Assembly: GCA_964420325.1 (NCBI GenBank)
Contig: CAYQSU010000002.1
Span: 10,038 to 74,037, forward strand
Length of the DNA stretch: 64,000 nucleotides
Direction of reading: 5' to 3'
DNA from: an uncultured Rhodospirillaceae bacterium
Lineage (GTDB): Bacteria; Pseudomonadota; Alphaproteobacteria; Rhodospirillales; Defluviicoccaceae
Position 1 is the stretch's first letter. Every line of letters begins with the position of its first letter. The translations under genes and the position numbers were made by a program. A model generated the notes under the pieces. That model was not told where the DNA came from. It was given only the letters and a program-made list of their open reading frames with translations, and searched no databases. Positions 21,531-31,659 of this stretch are shown in pieces.

Positions 21531-22843
21531 GCCCGCTGCTGATCGGTGCGCTGGTCGCGGTGACGACCATCGTCGTGCTCGCCTCGGGCATCCCCGTCGC
21601 CTTCGGCCTCGGCATCGTCGCCGTCGCGTTCCTTGTCGCCTTCGACGGCCTCGGCGCTCTCTCGATCCTTGCCGAGACGCTGTTCGGCGGGCTGGCCGAT
21701 TTCACGCTGGTGTCGATCCCGATGTTCATCCTCATGGGGGCGGCGGTGGCAAGTTCGCCGGCCGGCAAGGATCTCTACGAGGCGCTCGACCGCTGGCTCT
21801 ACCGCGTGCCGGGCGGCCTGGTCATCTCCAACCTCGGGGCGTGCGCGATCTTCGCCGCTCTCAGCGGATCGTCGCCGGCCACCTGCGCCGCCATCGGCAA
21901 GATGGGCATCCCCGAGATGCGCCAGCGCGGCTATCCCGCCGACCTCGCCACCGGCTCGATCGCCGCCGGCGGAACCCTGGGCATCCTGATCCCGCCCTCG
22001 ATCACGATGATCGTCTACGGCATCGCCACCGAGACCTCCATCGGCCGGCTGTTCATCGCCGGTATCCTTCCGGGCCTGATGCTCACCGGCCTGTTCATGG
22101 CCTGGGCGCTCTATGCCGCCTGGCGCGGCGGCTACCGCTTCGGCCGCGGCGCCTCGCCGTTCACGCTGGCCGACAAGCTCGCGGCGCTGCCGAAGGTCCT
22201 GCCCTTCCTCGCGATCATCGCCGGCGTGCTCTACGTGCTCTACGGCGGCGTCGCCACGCCGTCGGAGGCGGCGGGCGTCGGCGCCTTCCTCTGCCTCGCG
22301 CTGGTGGCGATCATCTATCGCATCCGGCGGCCGACGCAGATCTGGTCGATCCTCTCGACCAGCATGCGCGAAAGCGTGATGATCCTGATCATCATCGGCG
22401 CCTCGGCGCTGCTCAGCTACACGCTGTCCAGCCTGTTTGTCACCCAGTCGGTGGCCGAGTGGATTGTCGGCCTCGACGTCAGCCGCTGGGTGCTGATGGC
22501 CGCCATCAACGTCTTTCTGATCGTCGCCGGCTTCTTCCTGCCGCCGGTGGCGGTGATCGTCATGACCGCACCGATCCTGCTGCCGATCATCGAGCAGGCC
22601 GGCTTCGACCCCTACTGGTTCGCCGTCATCTTCACCATCAACATGGAAATCGGCCTGATCACCCCGCCGGTCGGCCTCAACCTCTATGTCATCAACGGCA
22701 TCGTTCCCGACGTTCGACTGCCGACCGTGCTGCGCGGCGCCCTGCCCTTCATGCTCTGCATGGTTGTTGCTATAGTCGTTCTGTGCGTTTTTCCGGAGAT
22801 CGCGACATGGCTGCCGGAAGCCCTGATGGGACCTCCGATGTGA
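21527..22843 (+). CDS. dctM: TRAP transporter large permease (DctM family)
   Basis: ORF 21371..22843 trimmed to the ATG at 21527 (MSPLLIGALVAVTTIVVLASGIPVAFGLG...). 438-aa polytopic protein. Confidence 0.9.
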   Translation: MSPLLIGALVAVTTIVVLASGIPVAFGLGIVAVAFLVAFDGLGALSILAETLFGGLADFTLVSIPMFILMGAAVASSPAGKDLYEALDRWLYRVPGGLVISNLGACAIFAALSGSSPATCAAIGKMGIPEMRQRGYPADLATGSIAAGGTLGILIPPSITMIVYGIATETSIGRLFIAGILPGLMLTGLFMAWALYAAWRGGYRFGRGASPFTLADKLAALPKVLPFLAIIAGVLYVLYGGVATPSEAAGVGAFLCLALVAIIYRIRRPTQIWSILSTSMRESVMILIIIGASALLSYTLSSLFVTQSVAEWIVGLDVSRWVLMAAINVFLIVAGFFLPPVAVIVMTAPILLPIIEQAGFDPYWFAVIFTINMEIGLITPPVGLNLYVINGIVPDVRLPTVLRGALPFMLCMVVAIVVLCVFPEIATWLPEALMGPPM

Positions 22844-22920
22844 GATCGGGCGCCGCCGCGCTCGCCGTGCGGTGGTGCCACGGTCTTGCCGTGCTGTCTG
22901 CGCGCCTCTCAGCCTTGAAG

Positions 22921-23598
22921 ATGCTGGCCATCCGGCCCGGGCTTGCGCTATGGTATTATACGCGGATCGGCGTTTATCTCGGCGTGCAGGGGTTCGGGCT
23001 TATGCACAGTGTGTGGGAGGAGCAGCTTCGACGGATTCGGGCGCGAAGGCGGTTGTACCAGCTGAAACACCCGCGCCGGCACCGGCTGTCGAGCGGCGAG
23101 CTGGAGGCGGCCCTGGAAAAGCACCAGATGTGGGTCGGATCCGGCTGGGAGATGGGCAAGCGCGCCGATTTCCACCGCACCGATCTTCACCGGGCGAAGC
23201 TCCAGGGGGCGCTGCTTCCCGACGCCGATCTGCATTCGGCGGATCTCTGCCGGGCGACGCTGAGCGAAGCCGACCTCGAAGGCGCCGATCTGCACCGCGC
23301 CCGGCTGCAGAGGGCGAAGCTCGACGGGGCCGAGTTGCGCTGGGCGGACCTGCACGAGGCCGACCTGCAGAAGGCCGATCTCGAAGGTGCGGTGCTCCAG
23401 GATGCCGATCTGCATCGCGCCAAGCTCTGCGGCGCCAACCTCGAGGGCGCGGATTTCAAGGGGGCCGACCTGCGTGGCGCGGACCTCACCGGCACGCGCG
23501 GGCTCACGCGCGAGCAGATCCTGGTTGCCAACGTCGATGCCCGCACCAAGCTGCCGCGGGACCTCATGCCGGCGTCGAAGGGCGCCGACGAGGCCTGA
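22921..23598 (+). CDS. Pentapeptide-repeat protein
   Basis: About 22 consecutive A(D/N)LxX-type pentapeptides are visible (ADFHR TDLHR AKLQG ... ADLRG ADLTG), encoded by a 15-nt DNA periodicity. The start is uncertain (ATG 22921 or 23002). Confidence 0.8.
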   Translation: MLAIRPGLALWYYTRIGVYLGVQGFGLMHSVWEEQLRRIRARRRLYQLKHPRRHRLSSGELEAALEKHQMWVGSGWEMGKRADFHRTDLHRAKLQGALLPDADLHSADLCRATLSEADLEGADLHRARLQRAKLDGAELRWADLHEADLQKADLEGAVLQDADLHRAKLCGANLEGADFKGADLRGADLTGTRGLTREQILVANVDARTKLPRDLMPASKGADEA

Positions 23599-23618
23599 AC
23601 AACCAGGGAGCCGGCGGG

Positions 23619-24056
23619 TCAGTCGGGGCTCTCTGGCGCTCCGTGGTCGGGAGGCGTCCACTCCTCGTAGTGGGGCAGGTCGGCATCGAGCTGCAGCCAT
23701 CCGAGGCGGGCAGCCGCGAAGACATGGCGGTCGGGCGGGTGCTGCTCCGGGTTGTCCAGGGTTCCCAACGTTATATCAATGTCTTCCGGTGATCTACTCG
23801 AGTAGAACGTGAGCGGAGAGCCGCAAGCCGAACAGAAGCTTCGCTCGGCATGCCGCGAGGAACGGTAGACCGCCGGGCGGCCCTTGACGATGCGGAACCG
23901 GTCACGCGGCACCGACACCCAGGTCAGGGCCACGGCGCCGCTCGACTTGCGGCACATCGCGCAATGGCAATGCCCGCCCGGCGGCAGCGGCGGGATCACT
24001 TGATAGCGGACGGCGCCGCACAGGCAGCCGCCTTCGACGATCTCGCGGACACTCAT
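23619..24056 (-). CDS. GFA (glutathione-dependent formaldehyde-activating / CENP-V-like) family protein
   Basis: ORF trimmed to the ATG at 24056. 145 aa with GFA-type Cys clusters (GGCLCGAVRY, HCHCAMCRK, CSACGSPL). Confidence 0.85.
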   Translation of the reverse strand: MSVREIVEGGCLCGAVRYQVIPPLPPGGHCHCAMCRKSSGAVALTWVSVPRDRFRIVKGRPAVYRSSRHAERSFCSACGSPLTFYSSRSPEDIDITLGTLDNPEQHPPDRHVFAAARLGWLQLDADLPHYEEWTPPDHGAPESPD

Positions 24057-24832
24057 CACACCTCCGAAAGCCGGGCCCAGACGGGCGTGTGATCGGAGGG
24101 TCTGTCCCAGCCGCGCGGTGCCCGGTCGATGTCGGCCGCCTGCAGCCGGTCGGCCGCCTGGGGCGAGAGCAGGAGGTGGTCGATCCGGAGCCCCTGATCG
24201 GCGGCGAAGGCGCGAGCACGATAGTCCCACCAGGTGTAACGGCCGGGCTCCGTCGAAAGCGCGCGTATGGCGTCGGTCAGGCCGAGGTAGACGATCTTCC
24301 GCCACGCCGCCCGGCTTTCCGGCTGGACCAAGGCGTCGTCGGCGAACGCCTTCGGGTCGTAGACGTCGTCGTCGGAGGGTGCGACATTGTAGTCGCCGCC
24401 GAGGACGAAGGCGTCCTCGCTCTCGAGCAAGGCCCGGGCATGGTGGTAGAGGCGCTCCAGCCATGCAAGCTTGTAGGCGAACTTGTCGGTGCCGATCGGG
24501 TTGCCGTTGGGAACGTATAGGGACGCGACCCGGAGATCGCCGGTGAAGGCTTCGAGGTAGCGGGCCTGTTCGTCAGCGGGATCGCCGGGCAGCGCGGTAG
24601 CGAGAACCTCGATCGGCCGCTTCGACAGGATGGCGACGCCGTTGTATGTCCTCTGGCCTACTGTCGTGCAGTTGTAGCCGAGCTCACCGATGGGCGCGGC
24701 CGGAAACGCATCATCGGCGGTCTTCAGCTCCTGCAGGAGGACGACGTCCGGTTGCGACTCGCGGAGCCACCTGAGAAGGTGGTCGAGCCTCGCCTTGATC
24801 GAGTTGACGTTCCAGGTGGCGATGGTGACCAT
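24056..24832 (-). CDS. xthA: Exodeoxyribonuclease III
   Basis: 258 aa. Begins [16 protein letters not shown].....WL....[10 protein letters not shown] and ends with SDH.PVW, the canonical EEP-fold Xth pattern. Confidence 0.95.
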   Translation of the reverse strand: MVTIATWNVNSIKARLDHLLRWLRESQPDVVLLQELKTADDAFPAAPIGELGYNCTTVGQRTYNGVAILSKRPIEVLATALPGDPADEQARYLEAFTGDLRVASLYVPNGNPIGTDKFAYKLAWLERLYHHARALLESEDAFVLGGDYNVAPSDDDVYDPKAFADDALVQPESRAAWRKIVYLGLTDAIRALSTEPGRYTWWDYRARAFAADQGLRIDHLLLSPQAADRLQAADIDRAPRGWDRPSDHTPVWARLSEV

Positions 24833-24875
24833 GGACGGGTCGCGGCGCCGCCGCCTGGCCGGTCCCGGGCCGCGC

Positions 24876-25232
24876 TCAGATGGAGAACGAGGAGCCGCAG
24901 CCGCAGGTCGACGCGGCGTTCGGGTTCCTGACGGCGAAGTAGGAGCCGATCAGGTCCTCGACGAAATCGATCTCCGCGCCCTTGAGAAGCTCCAGGGACA
25001 CCTCGTCGACGACGATGGCCACGCCGTCGCGCTCGAAGATCCGGTCGTCCTCATTGATCTGGTCATCCAGCGTGAAGCCGTACTGAAAGCCGGAACAACC
25101 GCCGCCGGAGACGGCGATCCTGAGCCTCAGCGCTTCGTTGCCTTCCCCTTTCGCCAGCGCGGCGATTCGCATGACGGCGCTCTGGGAAATGCGGAGTTCG
25201 TCCGCGTCTCCGGCCGCAAGCTCCTGAACCAT
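24876..25232 (-). CDS. erpA: Iron-sulfur cluster insertion protein ErpA (HesB/IscA family)
   Basis: A-type carrier motifs are present ([16 protein letters not shown]; C-terminal [15 protein letters not shown]). I trimmed the 170-aa ORF to M53 (25232) because a sigma70-like promoter lies inside the extension, and the full ORF would abut the divergent dgt start. Confidence 0.85.
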   Translation of the reverse strand: MVQELAAGDADELRISQSAVMRIAALAKGEGNEALRLRIAVSGGGCSGFQYGFTLDDQINEDDRIFERDGVAIVVDEVSLELLKGAEIDFVEDLIGSYFAVRNPNAASTCGCGSSFSI

Positions 25233-25281
25233 GACCTCGATCTCCTCGCGACAGCCCGCGATCAGCCCTGCATTCCACTTG

Positions 25282-25309
25282 TATGTAACCCGGAATGCCG
25301 TCGAGTCAA
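25282..25309 (-). promoter_or_regulatory. Putative sigma70-type promoter for erpA (TTGACT-N16-TACATA on the minus strand)
   Basis: The hexamers and 16-nt spacer were read directly from the sequence, about 50 nt upstream of the 25232 start. No experimental support. Confidence 0.4.
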
Positions 25310-25386
25310 ATCGGAAGGGGAGCGGCGCCGAGCCGCCGATCAACGCCGCCGTTGCCTCGTCAAGCGACGGTTTGTAGGCTCGCGCC

Positions 25387-26568
25387 ATGATCGAGGCCGA
25401 CCACCTTCACCCCTGGGCGTGCAAGCCCTCGGAAAGCCGTGGTCGCCTCCACCCCGAACCGGAAAGCCAGAACCGCACCTGCTTTCAGCGGGACCGCGAC
25501 CGCATCATCCACTCGGCGGCGTTCCGCCGGCTCGAGTACAAGACCCAGGTGTTCGTCAACCACGAGGGCGATTTCTTCCGCACCCGGCTGACCCACAGCC
25601 TCGAGGTCTCCCAGATCGCCCGCACCATCTGCCGGTCGCTCGGCCTCAACGAGGACCTGGCCGAGGCGCTGGCGCTGGCCCACGACCTCGGCCACACCCC
25701 GTTCGGCCACGCCGGCGAGGATGCTCTGGCCGAGATGATGGAGCCCTACGGCGGGTTCGACCACAACGCCCAGAGCCTGCGCGTCGTCACCGGGCTCGAG
25801 CGGCGTTACGCGGAGTTCGACGGTCTCAACCTGACCTGGGAGACGCTCGAAGGTCTGGTCAAGCACAACGGCCCGCTGATCGACGCGGACGGCGGGCGGC
25901 CGCTGCCGCGGGCCATCGGCGACTATGTCTCCGGCCACGATCTCGAGCTTGCGACGTACGCCGGCGCGGAGGCGCAGGTGGCGTCGCTCTCCGACGACAT
26001 CGCCTACAGCAATCACGACATCGACGACGGGCTGCGCGCCGGGCTGTTCACCGTCGACGACCTCACGGGCGTGCCTCTGGTCGGGCCGGTGTTCGCAGAG
26101 GTGCGCAAGGCCTATCCCGGGCTCGAACGGTCGCGGCTGATCCACGAATCCGTTCGCCGGCTGATCGGCCTCATGGTCGGCGACCTGGTCGCCGAGACCC
26201 GCCGGCGGATCGATGCCGCGCGCCTCAATCATCCCGACGACATCCGCCGCCTGGGGCGGCCGGTGGTCGCCTTCTCGGACGCCATGCAGGAGCACCACCG
26301 CGCGCTGAAGGCGTTCCTGTTCCGCCACATGTATCGCCACTACCGCCTCAACCGCATGACCAGCAAGGCGCGGCGCGTCGTCAAGGAGCTGTTCGAGCTT
26401 CTGGTCAGAGAACCCGGGTGTCTGCCCACCGACTGGCAGCGCACGGCGGGCGAGCCGCAATCAATCGAAACGGCCCACACCGTTGCCGACTATATCGCCG
26501 GCATGACCGACCGCTATGCGCTGGACGAGTACCGGCGGCTCCTCGACGTGCAGTCGAGGAGCTCATGA
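25387..26568 (+). CDS. dgt: Deoxyguanosinetriphosphate triphosphohydrolase-like protein (HD domain)
   Basis: 393 aa with SRGR...E......[22 protein letters not shown] and the HD motif ([21 protein letters not shown]). Confidence 0.9.
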   Translation: MIEADHLHPWACKPSESRGRLHPEPESQNRTCFQRDRDRIIHSAAFRRLEYKTQVFVNHEGDFFRTRLTHSLEVSQIARTICRSLGLNEDLAEALALAHDLGHTPFGHAGEDALAEMMEPYGGFDHNAQSLRVVTGLERRYAEFDGLNLTWETLEGLVKHNGPLIDADGGRPLPRAIGDYVSGHDLELATYAGAEAQVASLSDDIAYSNHDIDDGLRAGLFTVDDLTGVPLVGPVFAEVRKAYPGLERSRLIHESVRRLIGLMVGDLVAETRRRIDAARLNHPDDIRRLGRPVVAFSDAMQEHHRALKAFLFRHMYRHYRLNRMTSKARRVVKELFELLVREPGCLPTDWQRTAGEPQSIETAHTVADYIAGMTDRYALDEYRRLLDVQSRSS

Positions 26569-28319
26569 ACCTCTACCGCCACTTCCAGGCGCGGGTGCAC
26601 GAGGCCGTGCTCGCCCTTGCTGCCGACGGCCGGCTGCCTCCGGCACCCGACACCTCGCGGATCGCCGTCGAGCCGCCACGGGATCTCGGGCACGGGGACG
26701 TGACCACCAATGCCGCCCTCGTCCTCGCCGGGCCGGCCGGCGTGCGGCCGCGCGACCTCGCCGCCAGCCTCATCGAGCGGCTTCTCGGCGACGAGGCGGT
26801 GACCGATGCCGAGGTGGCCGGGCCCGGCTTCATCAATCTCCGCCTGAAGGAGGCCTTCTGGTACGATCGCCTCGCCGACGTGCTGCGCGAGGGGATTCGT
26901 TACGGCGACTCCTTCATCGGCGGCGGCGAGCCGGTCAACCTCGAGTTCGTCTCGGCCAATCCCACGGGTCCGCTGCACGTCGGCCACGGTCGCGGTGCCG
27001 TCGTCGGCGACGCGCTGGCCTCCCTGCTCGAGAAGGCGGGCTACAGCGTGACCCGGGAGTACTACGTCAACGACGCGGGGGCGCAGGTGGACAACCTCGC
27101 GCGCTCGTTGCACATGCGCTACCGCGAAGCCCTCGGCGAGACGGTCGGCCCGTTCCCGGACGACTACTACGCCGGCGACTATCTCTGTCCGCTGGCCGAC
27201 GCGGTCGCCGCCCGCGACGGCGATCGCTGGGCCGGGGCCGGCGAGGACGCCTGGCTCGCCCGCTTCCGCGACACCACCGTCCGCAACATGATGGAACGCA
27301 TCCAGACCGACCTCGCGGCGCTCGGCGTCGCCTTCGACCACTTCAGCTCGGAGCGCCGGCTGGTCGAGGAGGGCAGCGTCGAGGCGGCGGTGCGCCTGCT
27401 CGACGAGCGGGGGCTCCTTTACGTCGGAGTCCTGGAACCGCCGAAGGGGAAGCTCCCCGACGACTGGGAGCCGCGGCCGCAGACCCTGTTCCGCGCCACG
27501 GCGTTCGGCGACGACGTCGATCGGCCGCTCAAGAAATCGGACGGATCCTGGACCTATTTCGCCACGGACATCGCCTATCACCTCGACAAGTACCGCCGCG
27601 GCTTCCGCACCATGATCGACATCTGGGGCGCCGACCACGGCGGCTATGTCAAACGCATGCAGGCGGCGGTGAAGGCGGTGTCCGAAGGCAAGGCCGAGCT
27701 CGACGTCAAGCTGTGCCAGATGGTCAACCTTCTGGAGGGCGGCCGGCCGGTGAAGATGTCGAAGCGCGCCGGCGCCTTCATCACGCTGAGCGAGGTCGTC
27801 GACCGGGTCGGCCGTGATGTCTTCCGCTTCATGATGCTGACCCGCAAGAACGACGCCCAGCTCGACTTCGACTTCGAGGTGGTGGCGGAGCAGTCGCGCG
27901 AGAACCCGGTGTTCTACGTGCACTACGCCCACGCCCGTTGCTGCTCGGTGATGCGCCATGCCGCCGAGGCGCTCGGCCCGGAGGCGATTGCCGGCGAGGC
28001 GCTGGGGCGGGCCGAGCTGCATCGCCTCACGGATCCGGCCGAGCTCGATCTCATCAGGCGGATGGCCGGCTGGCCGCGGCTGGTGGAGACCGCGGCCGAG
28101 ACCCACGAGCCCCATCGCGTCGCCTTCTATCTGCAGGATCTGGCAGCGCAGTTCCACCTGGTGTGGACGAAGGGGAAGGACGATGCCAGCCTCCGCTTCC
28201 TCACGGCCGCAGACCCGCCGTTGACGCTGGCACGGCTCGCCCTCGTGCGCGGGGTCCAGCTGGTGATCGCATCGGGCCTCGAGATCTTTGGCGTCGAACC
28301 GGTCGAGGAGTTGCGCTGA
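26565..28319 (+). CDS. argS: Arginine--tRNA ligase
   Basis: The 1209-aa ORF was trimmed to the ATG at 26565 (ATGA overlap with the dgt stop). 584 aa with class I motifs ([21 protein letters not shown]). Confidence 0.95.
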   Translation: MNLYRHFQARVHEAVLALAADGRLPPAPDTSRIAVEPPRDLGHGDVTTNAALVLAGPAGVRPRDLAASLIERLLGDEAVTDAEVAGPGFINLRLKEAFWYDRLADVLREGIRYGDSFIGGGEPVNLEFVSANPTGPLHVGHGRGAVVGDALASLLEKAGYSVTREYYVNDAGAQVDNLARSLHMRYREALGETVGPFPDDYYAGDYLCPLADAVAARDGDRWAGAGEDAWLARFRDTTVRNMMERIQTDLAALGVAFDHFSSERRLVEEGSVEAAVRLLDERGLLYVGVLEPPKGKLPDDWEPRPQTLFRATAFGDDVDRPLKKSDGSWTYFATDIAYHLDKYRRGFRTMIDIWGADHGGYVKRMQAAVKAVSEGKAELDVKLCQMVNLLEGGRPVKMSKRAGAFITLSEVVDRVGRDVFRFMMLTRKNDAQLDFDFEVVAEQSRENPVFYVHYAHARCCSVMRHAAEALGPEAIAGEALGRAELHRLTDPAELDLIRRMAGWPRLVETAAETHEPHRVAFYLQDLAAQFHLVWTKGKDDASLRFLTAADPPLTLARLALVRGVQLVIASGLEIFGVEPVEELR

Positions 28320-29128
28320 TGACGGCAGAGACGTGGCGGGACGGCGATCCCGCGGAGACCCGCCCGAGGATGGTCCGCGAGCCGATCGTCCCGCGCCCGA
28401 CGCCGGGCTCGAGCCTCCGGCTGCGGCGCTGGCTGATCCCGGCGGCGGTGATCTTGATCGCGCTCGGCCTTGGCGGCATCTGGCTCGATGGCGGCGATGA
28501 CCCGGCTCCCGGGCTCGCTCCGGCGGGCGATCTGCCGGTCATCCGCGCGGAGCGCGATCCGGTCAAGGAGCGGCCGGCCGAACCGGGCGGCATGGAGGTG
28601 GAGAACCGCGACAAGCTCGTCTATCAGCGCCTGCAGAACGAGGAATCGCCGCCGCCGATGGAACGCCTGCTGCCTCCGCCGGAGGAGCCCTTGGCGCCGC
28701 CGGCACCGCCGCCACCCGCGGAGCCGCCTGCCGAGGCCGCCGGCGAGCCGTCGACCCCGACACCACCGCCCGCCGCGGCGGCGCCGGCCGACGATGCGGG
28801 AGCAGCGCCCGCGGCGATCCTGCCGCCGCCGAAGCCGAGGCCTGTGGCCAGGACGGAGCCAGCCATCGCGGCGGCGGGCTACCAGGTCCAGATCGCCGCC
28901 GGGCGCTCCGAGGAGGGCGTCCGCGCCGCCGCCGATCGCCTGAAGGCCGACCACCGCGACGTCTTCGGCGGCCTCACGCTCGAGGTCGTTCGCGCCGATC
29001 TCGGCAGCCAGGGAATCTTCTATCGGCTGCGCGCGGGCCCCATCGCCAGCGAGCAGGCCGCACGCGCGCTCTGTGCCAAGCTCGCCGATCGCAAGATCGG
29101 TTGTGTGGTTGTCCGCCCCGGTGCCTGA
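28319..29128 (+). CDS. SPOR domain-containing protein (TM anchor, Pro/Ala-rich linker, C-terminal SPOR)
   Basis: The ATG at 28319 shares one nucleotide with the argS stop (TGATG). One TM helix (WLIPAAVILIALGLGGIWL), a PAPPPP-rich linker, and a C-terminal SPOR-like segment (YQVQIAAGRSEEG.......L........G....V..ADLG..G.FYRLR.GP). Confidence 0.8.
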   Translation: MTAETWRDGDPAETRPRMVREPIVPRPTPGSSLRLRRWLIPAAVILIALGLGGIWLDGGDDPAPGLAPAGDLPVIRAERDPVKERPAEPGGMEVENRDKLVYQRLQNEESPPPMERLLPPPEEPLAPPAPPPPAEPPAEAAGEPSTPTPPPAAAAPADDAGAAPAAILPPPKPRPVARTEPAIAAAGYQVQIAAGRSEEGVRAAADRLKADHRDVFGGLTLEVVRADLGSQGIFYRLRAGPIASEQAARALCAKLADRKIGCVVVRPGA

Positions 29129-30158
29129 CCCTGGAACGCATGGACGGTGTGCCGTCGTCTTCGGCCTGTCGGGACCCCGTCTGACCGATGCCGAACGGCG
29201 GCTGTTTGCCGAGGCCGCGCCGGTCGGCTTCATCCTGTTCGCCCGCAACTGTGCGAGCCCCGACCAGGTCCGGTCGCTGGTCCGGGACCTGCGCGAGGCG
29301 GTGGGACGCGACGACGCACCGGTGATGATCGACCAGGAGGGCGGCCGCGTCGCCCGGCTGGGGCCGCCGCACTGGCGGACCATGCCGGCGCAGTCCCGCT
29401 TCGCCGAGATGGCGAGAGCGGACGAGGCGACGGCCGTGGAGGCGGCGTTTCTCAACGCGCAACTCGTCGCCCGGGAACTCGGCGAGCTGGGCATCACCGT
29501 CGACACGCTGCCGGTGCTCGACCTTCCCCAGCCGGGAGCGCATGCCGTGATCGGCGACCGCGCTGCCGGCGACACGCCCGAGCGGGCGGCCCTTCTCGGC
29601 CGCGCCACCTGCAGCGGGCTGTTGGCCTGCGGCGTTCTGCCGGTGATCAAGCACATCCCCGGGCACGGGCGGGCGACGGTGGACAGCCATCTCAGCCTGC
29701 CCGTCGTCGATGCGCCGCTCGCCGACCTCGAGCGGGTCGATTTCGCTCCGTTCGCCGCGCTCGGCGACATGCCGTGGGCGATGACCGCCCACGTCGTCTA
29801 CTCGGCACTTGATCCGGAACGGCCGGCGACCACCTCAGCCCATATGATCGGACACGTGATCCGCGGGCGGCTCCGCTTCGAAGGGGTTCTCATCTCCGAC
29901 GACGTGTGCATGGGGGCGCTGGCCGGCTCGCCCGGCGAACGCGCCTCGGCCGCGCTCGCCGCCGGGTGCGACCTCGCCCTGCACTGCAACGGCGTGCTCA
30001 CGGAGATGGAGGCGGTCGCCGCGGCCTGTCCGCCGCCGACGGCGGCGGCGTGCGCGCGGCTCGAGCGCGGCGAGGCGATGCGGCGGCACTCGGAACCGGT
30101 GGACGACGAGGCGGCGATCGCGCGCCTGGCCGCGCTGTTGCGGACGGCGCCCGGGTGA
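29121..30158 (+). CDS. nagZ: Beta-N-acetylhexosaminidase NagZ (peptidoglycan recycling)
   Basis: GH3 NagZ motifs are present (MIDQEGGRV.RL, KHIPGHGRATVDSHLSLP). The start is ambiguous: in-frame GTGs occur at 29073, 29103 and 29121. I chose 29121 because it leaves a family-typical short N-terminus before AVVFGLSGP. Confidence 0.85.
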   Translation: MPDPGTHGRCAVVFGLSGPRLTDAERRLFAEAAPVGFILFARNCASPDQVRSLVRDLREAVGRDDAPVMIDQEGGRVARLGPPHWRTMPAQSRFAEMARADEATAVEAAFLNAQLVARELGELGITVDTLPVLDLPQPGAHAVIGDRAAGDTPERAALLGRATCSGLLACGVLPVIKHIPGHGRATVDSHLSLPVVDAPLADLERVDFAPFAALGDMPWAMTAHVVYSALDPERPATTSAHMIGHVIRGRLRFEGVLISDDVCMGALAGSPGERASAALAAGCDLALHCNGVLTEMEAVAAACPPPTAAACARLERGEAMRRHSEPVDDEAAIARLAALLRTAPG

Positions 30159-30160
30159 CC

Positions 30161-30844
30161 ATGGAGACCATCCTCTTTCAGGTCTCCGTCTGGACCATCC
30201 CGGTGCTTCTGGCCATCACCCTCCACGAGGCGGCCCACGGCTGGGTGGCCTGGCGGCTCGGCGACGACACCGCCTACCGGGCCGGCCGCGTCACCTTCAA
30301 TCCGCTGCGGCACATCGATCCGTTCGGCACCGTGCTCTTGCCGGCGCTGATGCTGGTCCTTTCCGGCGGCCGCATCATGTTCGGCTTCGCCAAGCCGGTG
30401 CCGGTGAACTTCCGGCGCCTCAACCGGCCGCGGCGCGACATGGTCTACGTGGCGGCGGCGGGGCCGGGGGTCAACCTGACGCTCGCCGTCGTCTCCGCGA
30501 GCCTTCTCAACGTCGTCGGCATGTTCCCGGACGAGTTCGCCGGATGGCTCACCTTCAACCTGCAGAACTCCGTCTGGATCAACGTCTTGCTGGCCGTCTT
30601 CAACATGCTGCCGCTGCCGCCTCTGGACGGCGGCCGGGTGGCCGTCGGCCTGCTGCCGCGATCGCTCGCGAGGCCGCTTGCCCGCGTCGAGCGGTTCGGC
30701 TTCGTGATCATCATCGGCGCCATCTTCTTCGTGCCGTGGATCGGCGCCAAGCTCGGGCTCAACCTCGACGTGTTCGGCTGGCTGGTGCTGCTGCCCGCCT
30801 GGTTCCTCGAGCGGCTGATCTACGCCGTCACCGGCGGCGGATGA
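30161..30844 (+). CDS. Site-2 protease (M50) family membrane metalloprotease, short form
   Basis: ORF trimmed to the ATG at 30161, 2 nt after the nagZ stop. HExxH (LHEAAHGW) lies in TM1 and a later NMLPLPPLDGG motif is present. Confidence 0.8.
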   Translation: METILFQVSVWTIPVLLAITLHEAAHGWVAWRLGDDTAYRAGRVTFNPLRHIDPFGTVLLPALMLVLSGGRIMFGFAKPVPVNFRRLNRPRRDMVYVAAAGPGVNLTLAVVSASLLNVVGMFPDEFAGWLTFNLQNSVWINVLLAVFNMLPLPPLDGGRVAVGLLPRSLARPLARVERFGFVIIIGAIFFVPWIGAKLGLNLDVFGWLVLLPAWFLERLIYAVTGGG

Positions 30845-31659
30845 GGGGCGCCGTGGCCCGGGACACCGAGTTCGAGGATGTGAAGGGACCGCCCGCCGCC
30901 GGGGCCGGGCTCGTCCTCGACATCGACGGCTTCGAGGGGCCGATCGACCTGCTGCTGACGCTGGCACGCGAACAGAAGGTCGATCTCCGGCACGTCTCCA
31001 TCCTGCAGTTGGCCGATCAGTATCTGGCGTTCATCGCCGAGGTGCATCGCGCCGACCTCGAGATCGCCGCCGAGTTCCTGGTGATGGCGGCGTGGCTCGC
31101 CTACCTCAAGTCGCGCCTGCTGCTGCCCGAGCGGGCCGGGCCGGAGGAGCCCTCGGGAGAAGCGCTCGCGGCGGCGCTGACCTTTCAGCTTCGCCGCCTG
31201 GAAGCGATGCGCGATGCGGCGAAAAGGCTCCTCGGCCGGCCGCGTCTCGGCCTGGATGTGTTCGCAAGGGGCCGGCCGGAGCGTTTCGACCGGACGACCG
31301 TCGAGGTCGTCGAGGTCGATCTCTTCGCCCTGTTGCGCGCCTATGGCGAGCACGTGCGTCGGCGACGGCCGCACGTCCTGGCGATCGAGCCGACGGATCT
31401 GATGTCGGTGGAGGACGCGCTGAACCGGCTGGCCCGCGCCCTCGGACGCGTCCCCGGGTGGGAGAACCTGTTGAGCTTCCTGCCGCCGGGAACCCTAGAG
31501 GGCTTGTGCGACGGACGGCTCACCGCGCGCTCGGCCCTGGCCGCGACCTTCGGCGCCAGCCTCGAGCTCGCGAAGCAGGGGCGCGTCAGACTGCGCCAGA
31601 CGTCGGCGTTCGGCCCCATCTACCTCGGCCCGGGCAGGACCCCGAGGACGATCTCGTGA
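30841..31659 (+). CDS. scpA: Segregation and condensation protein A
   Basis: ORF trimmed to the ATG at 30841 (ATGA overlap with the M50 stop). FEGPIDLLL.L.....VDL..VSI..L.DQYL motif is present. Confidence 0.9.
   Translation: MRGAVARDTEFEDVKGPPAAGAGLVLDIDGFEGPIDLLLTLAREQKVDLRHVSILQLADQYLAFIAEVHRADLEIAAEFLVMAAWLAYLKSRLLLPERAGPEEPSGEALAAALTFQLRRLEAMRDAAKRLLGRPRLGLDVFARGRPERFDRTTVEVVEVDLFALLRAYGEHVRRRRPHVLAIEPTDLMSVEDALNRLARALGRVPGWENLLSFLPPGTLEGLCDGRLTARSALAATFGASLELAKQGRVRLRQTSAFGPIYLGPGRTPRTIS

Noticed and set aside
23160-23500. Regular 15-nt DNA periodicity that could be mistaken for a tandem repeat or CRISPR-like array.
   Set aside because: The period equals five codons and encodes the pentapeptide-repeat protein. 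The units are degenerate at the DNA level, have no spacers, and are in frame with a single ORF.
24690-28319. Very long composite ORFs: 24690..28319 (1209 aa), 12479..15943 (1154 aa), 11250..14252 (1000 aa), 21841..23598, 45957..47696, 52828..54186.
   Set aside because: Only the C-terminal part of each matches a protein family. The N-terminal extensions run in another frame through neighbouring real genes and are Arg/Pro/Gly-rich. Each was trimmed to the start that restores a family-typical N-terminus.
28640-28860. A Pro/Ala-rich, GC-extreme stretch that looks like a simple repeat.
   Set aside because: It is in frame within the SPOR protein and encodes a typical disordered PAPPPP linker between the TM anchor and the SPOR domain.
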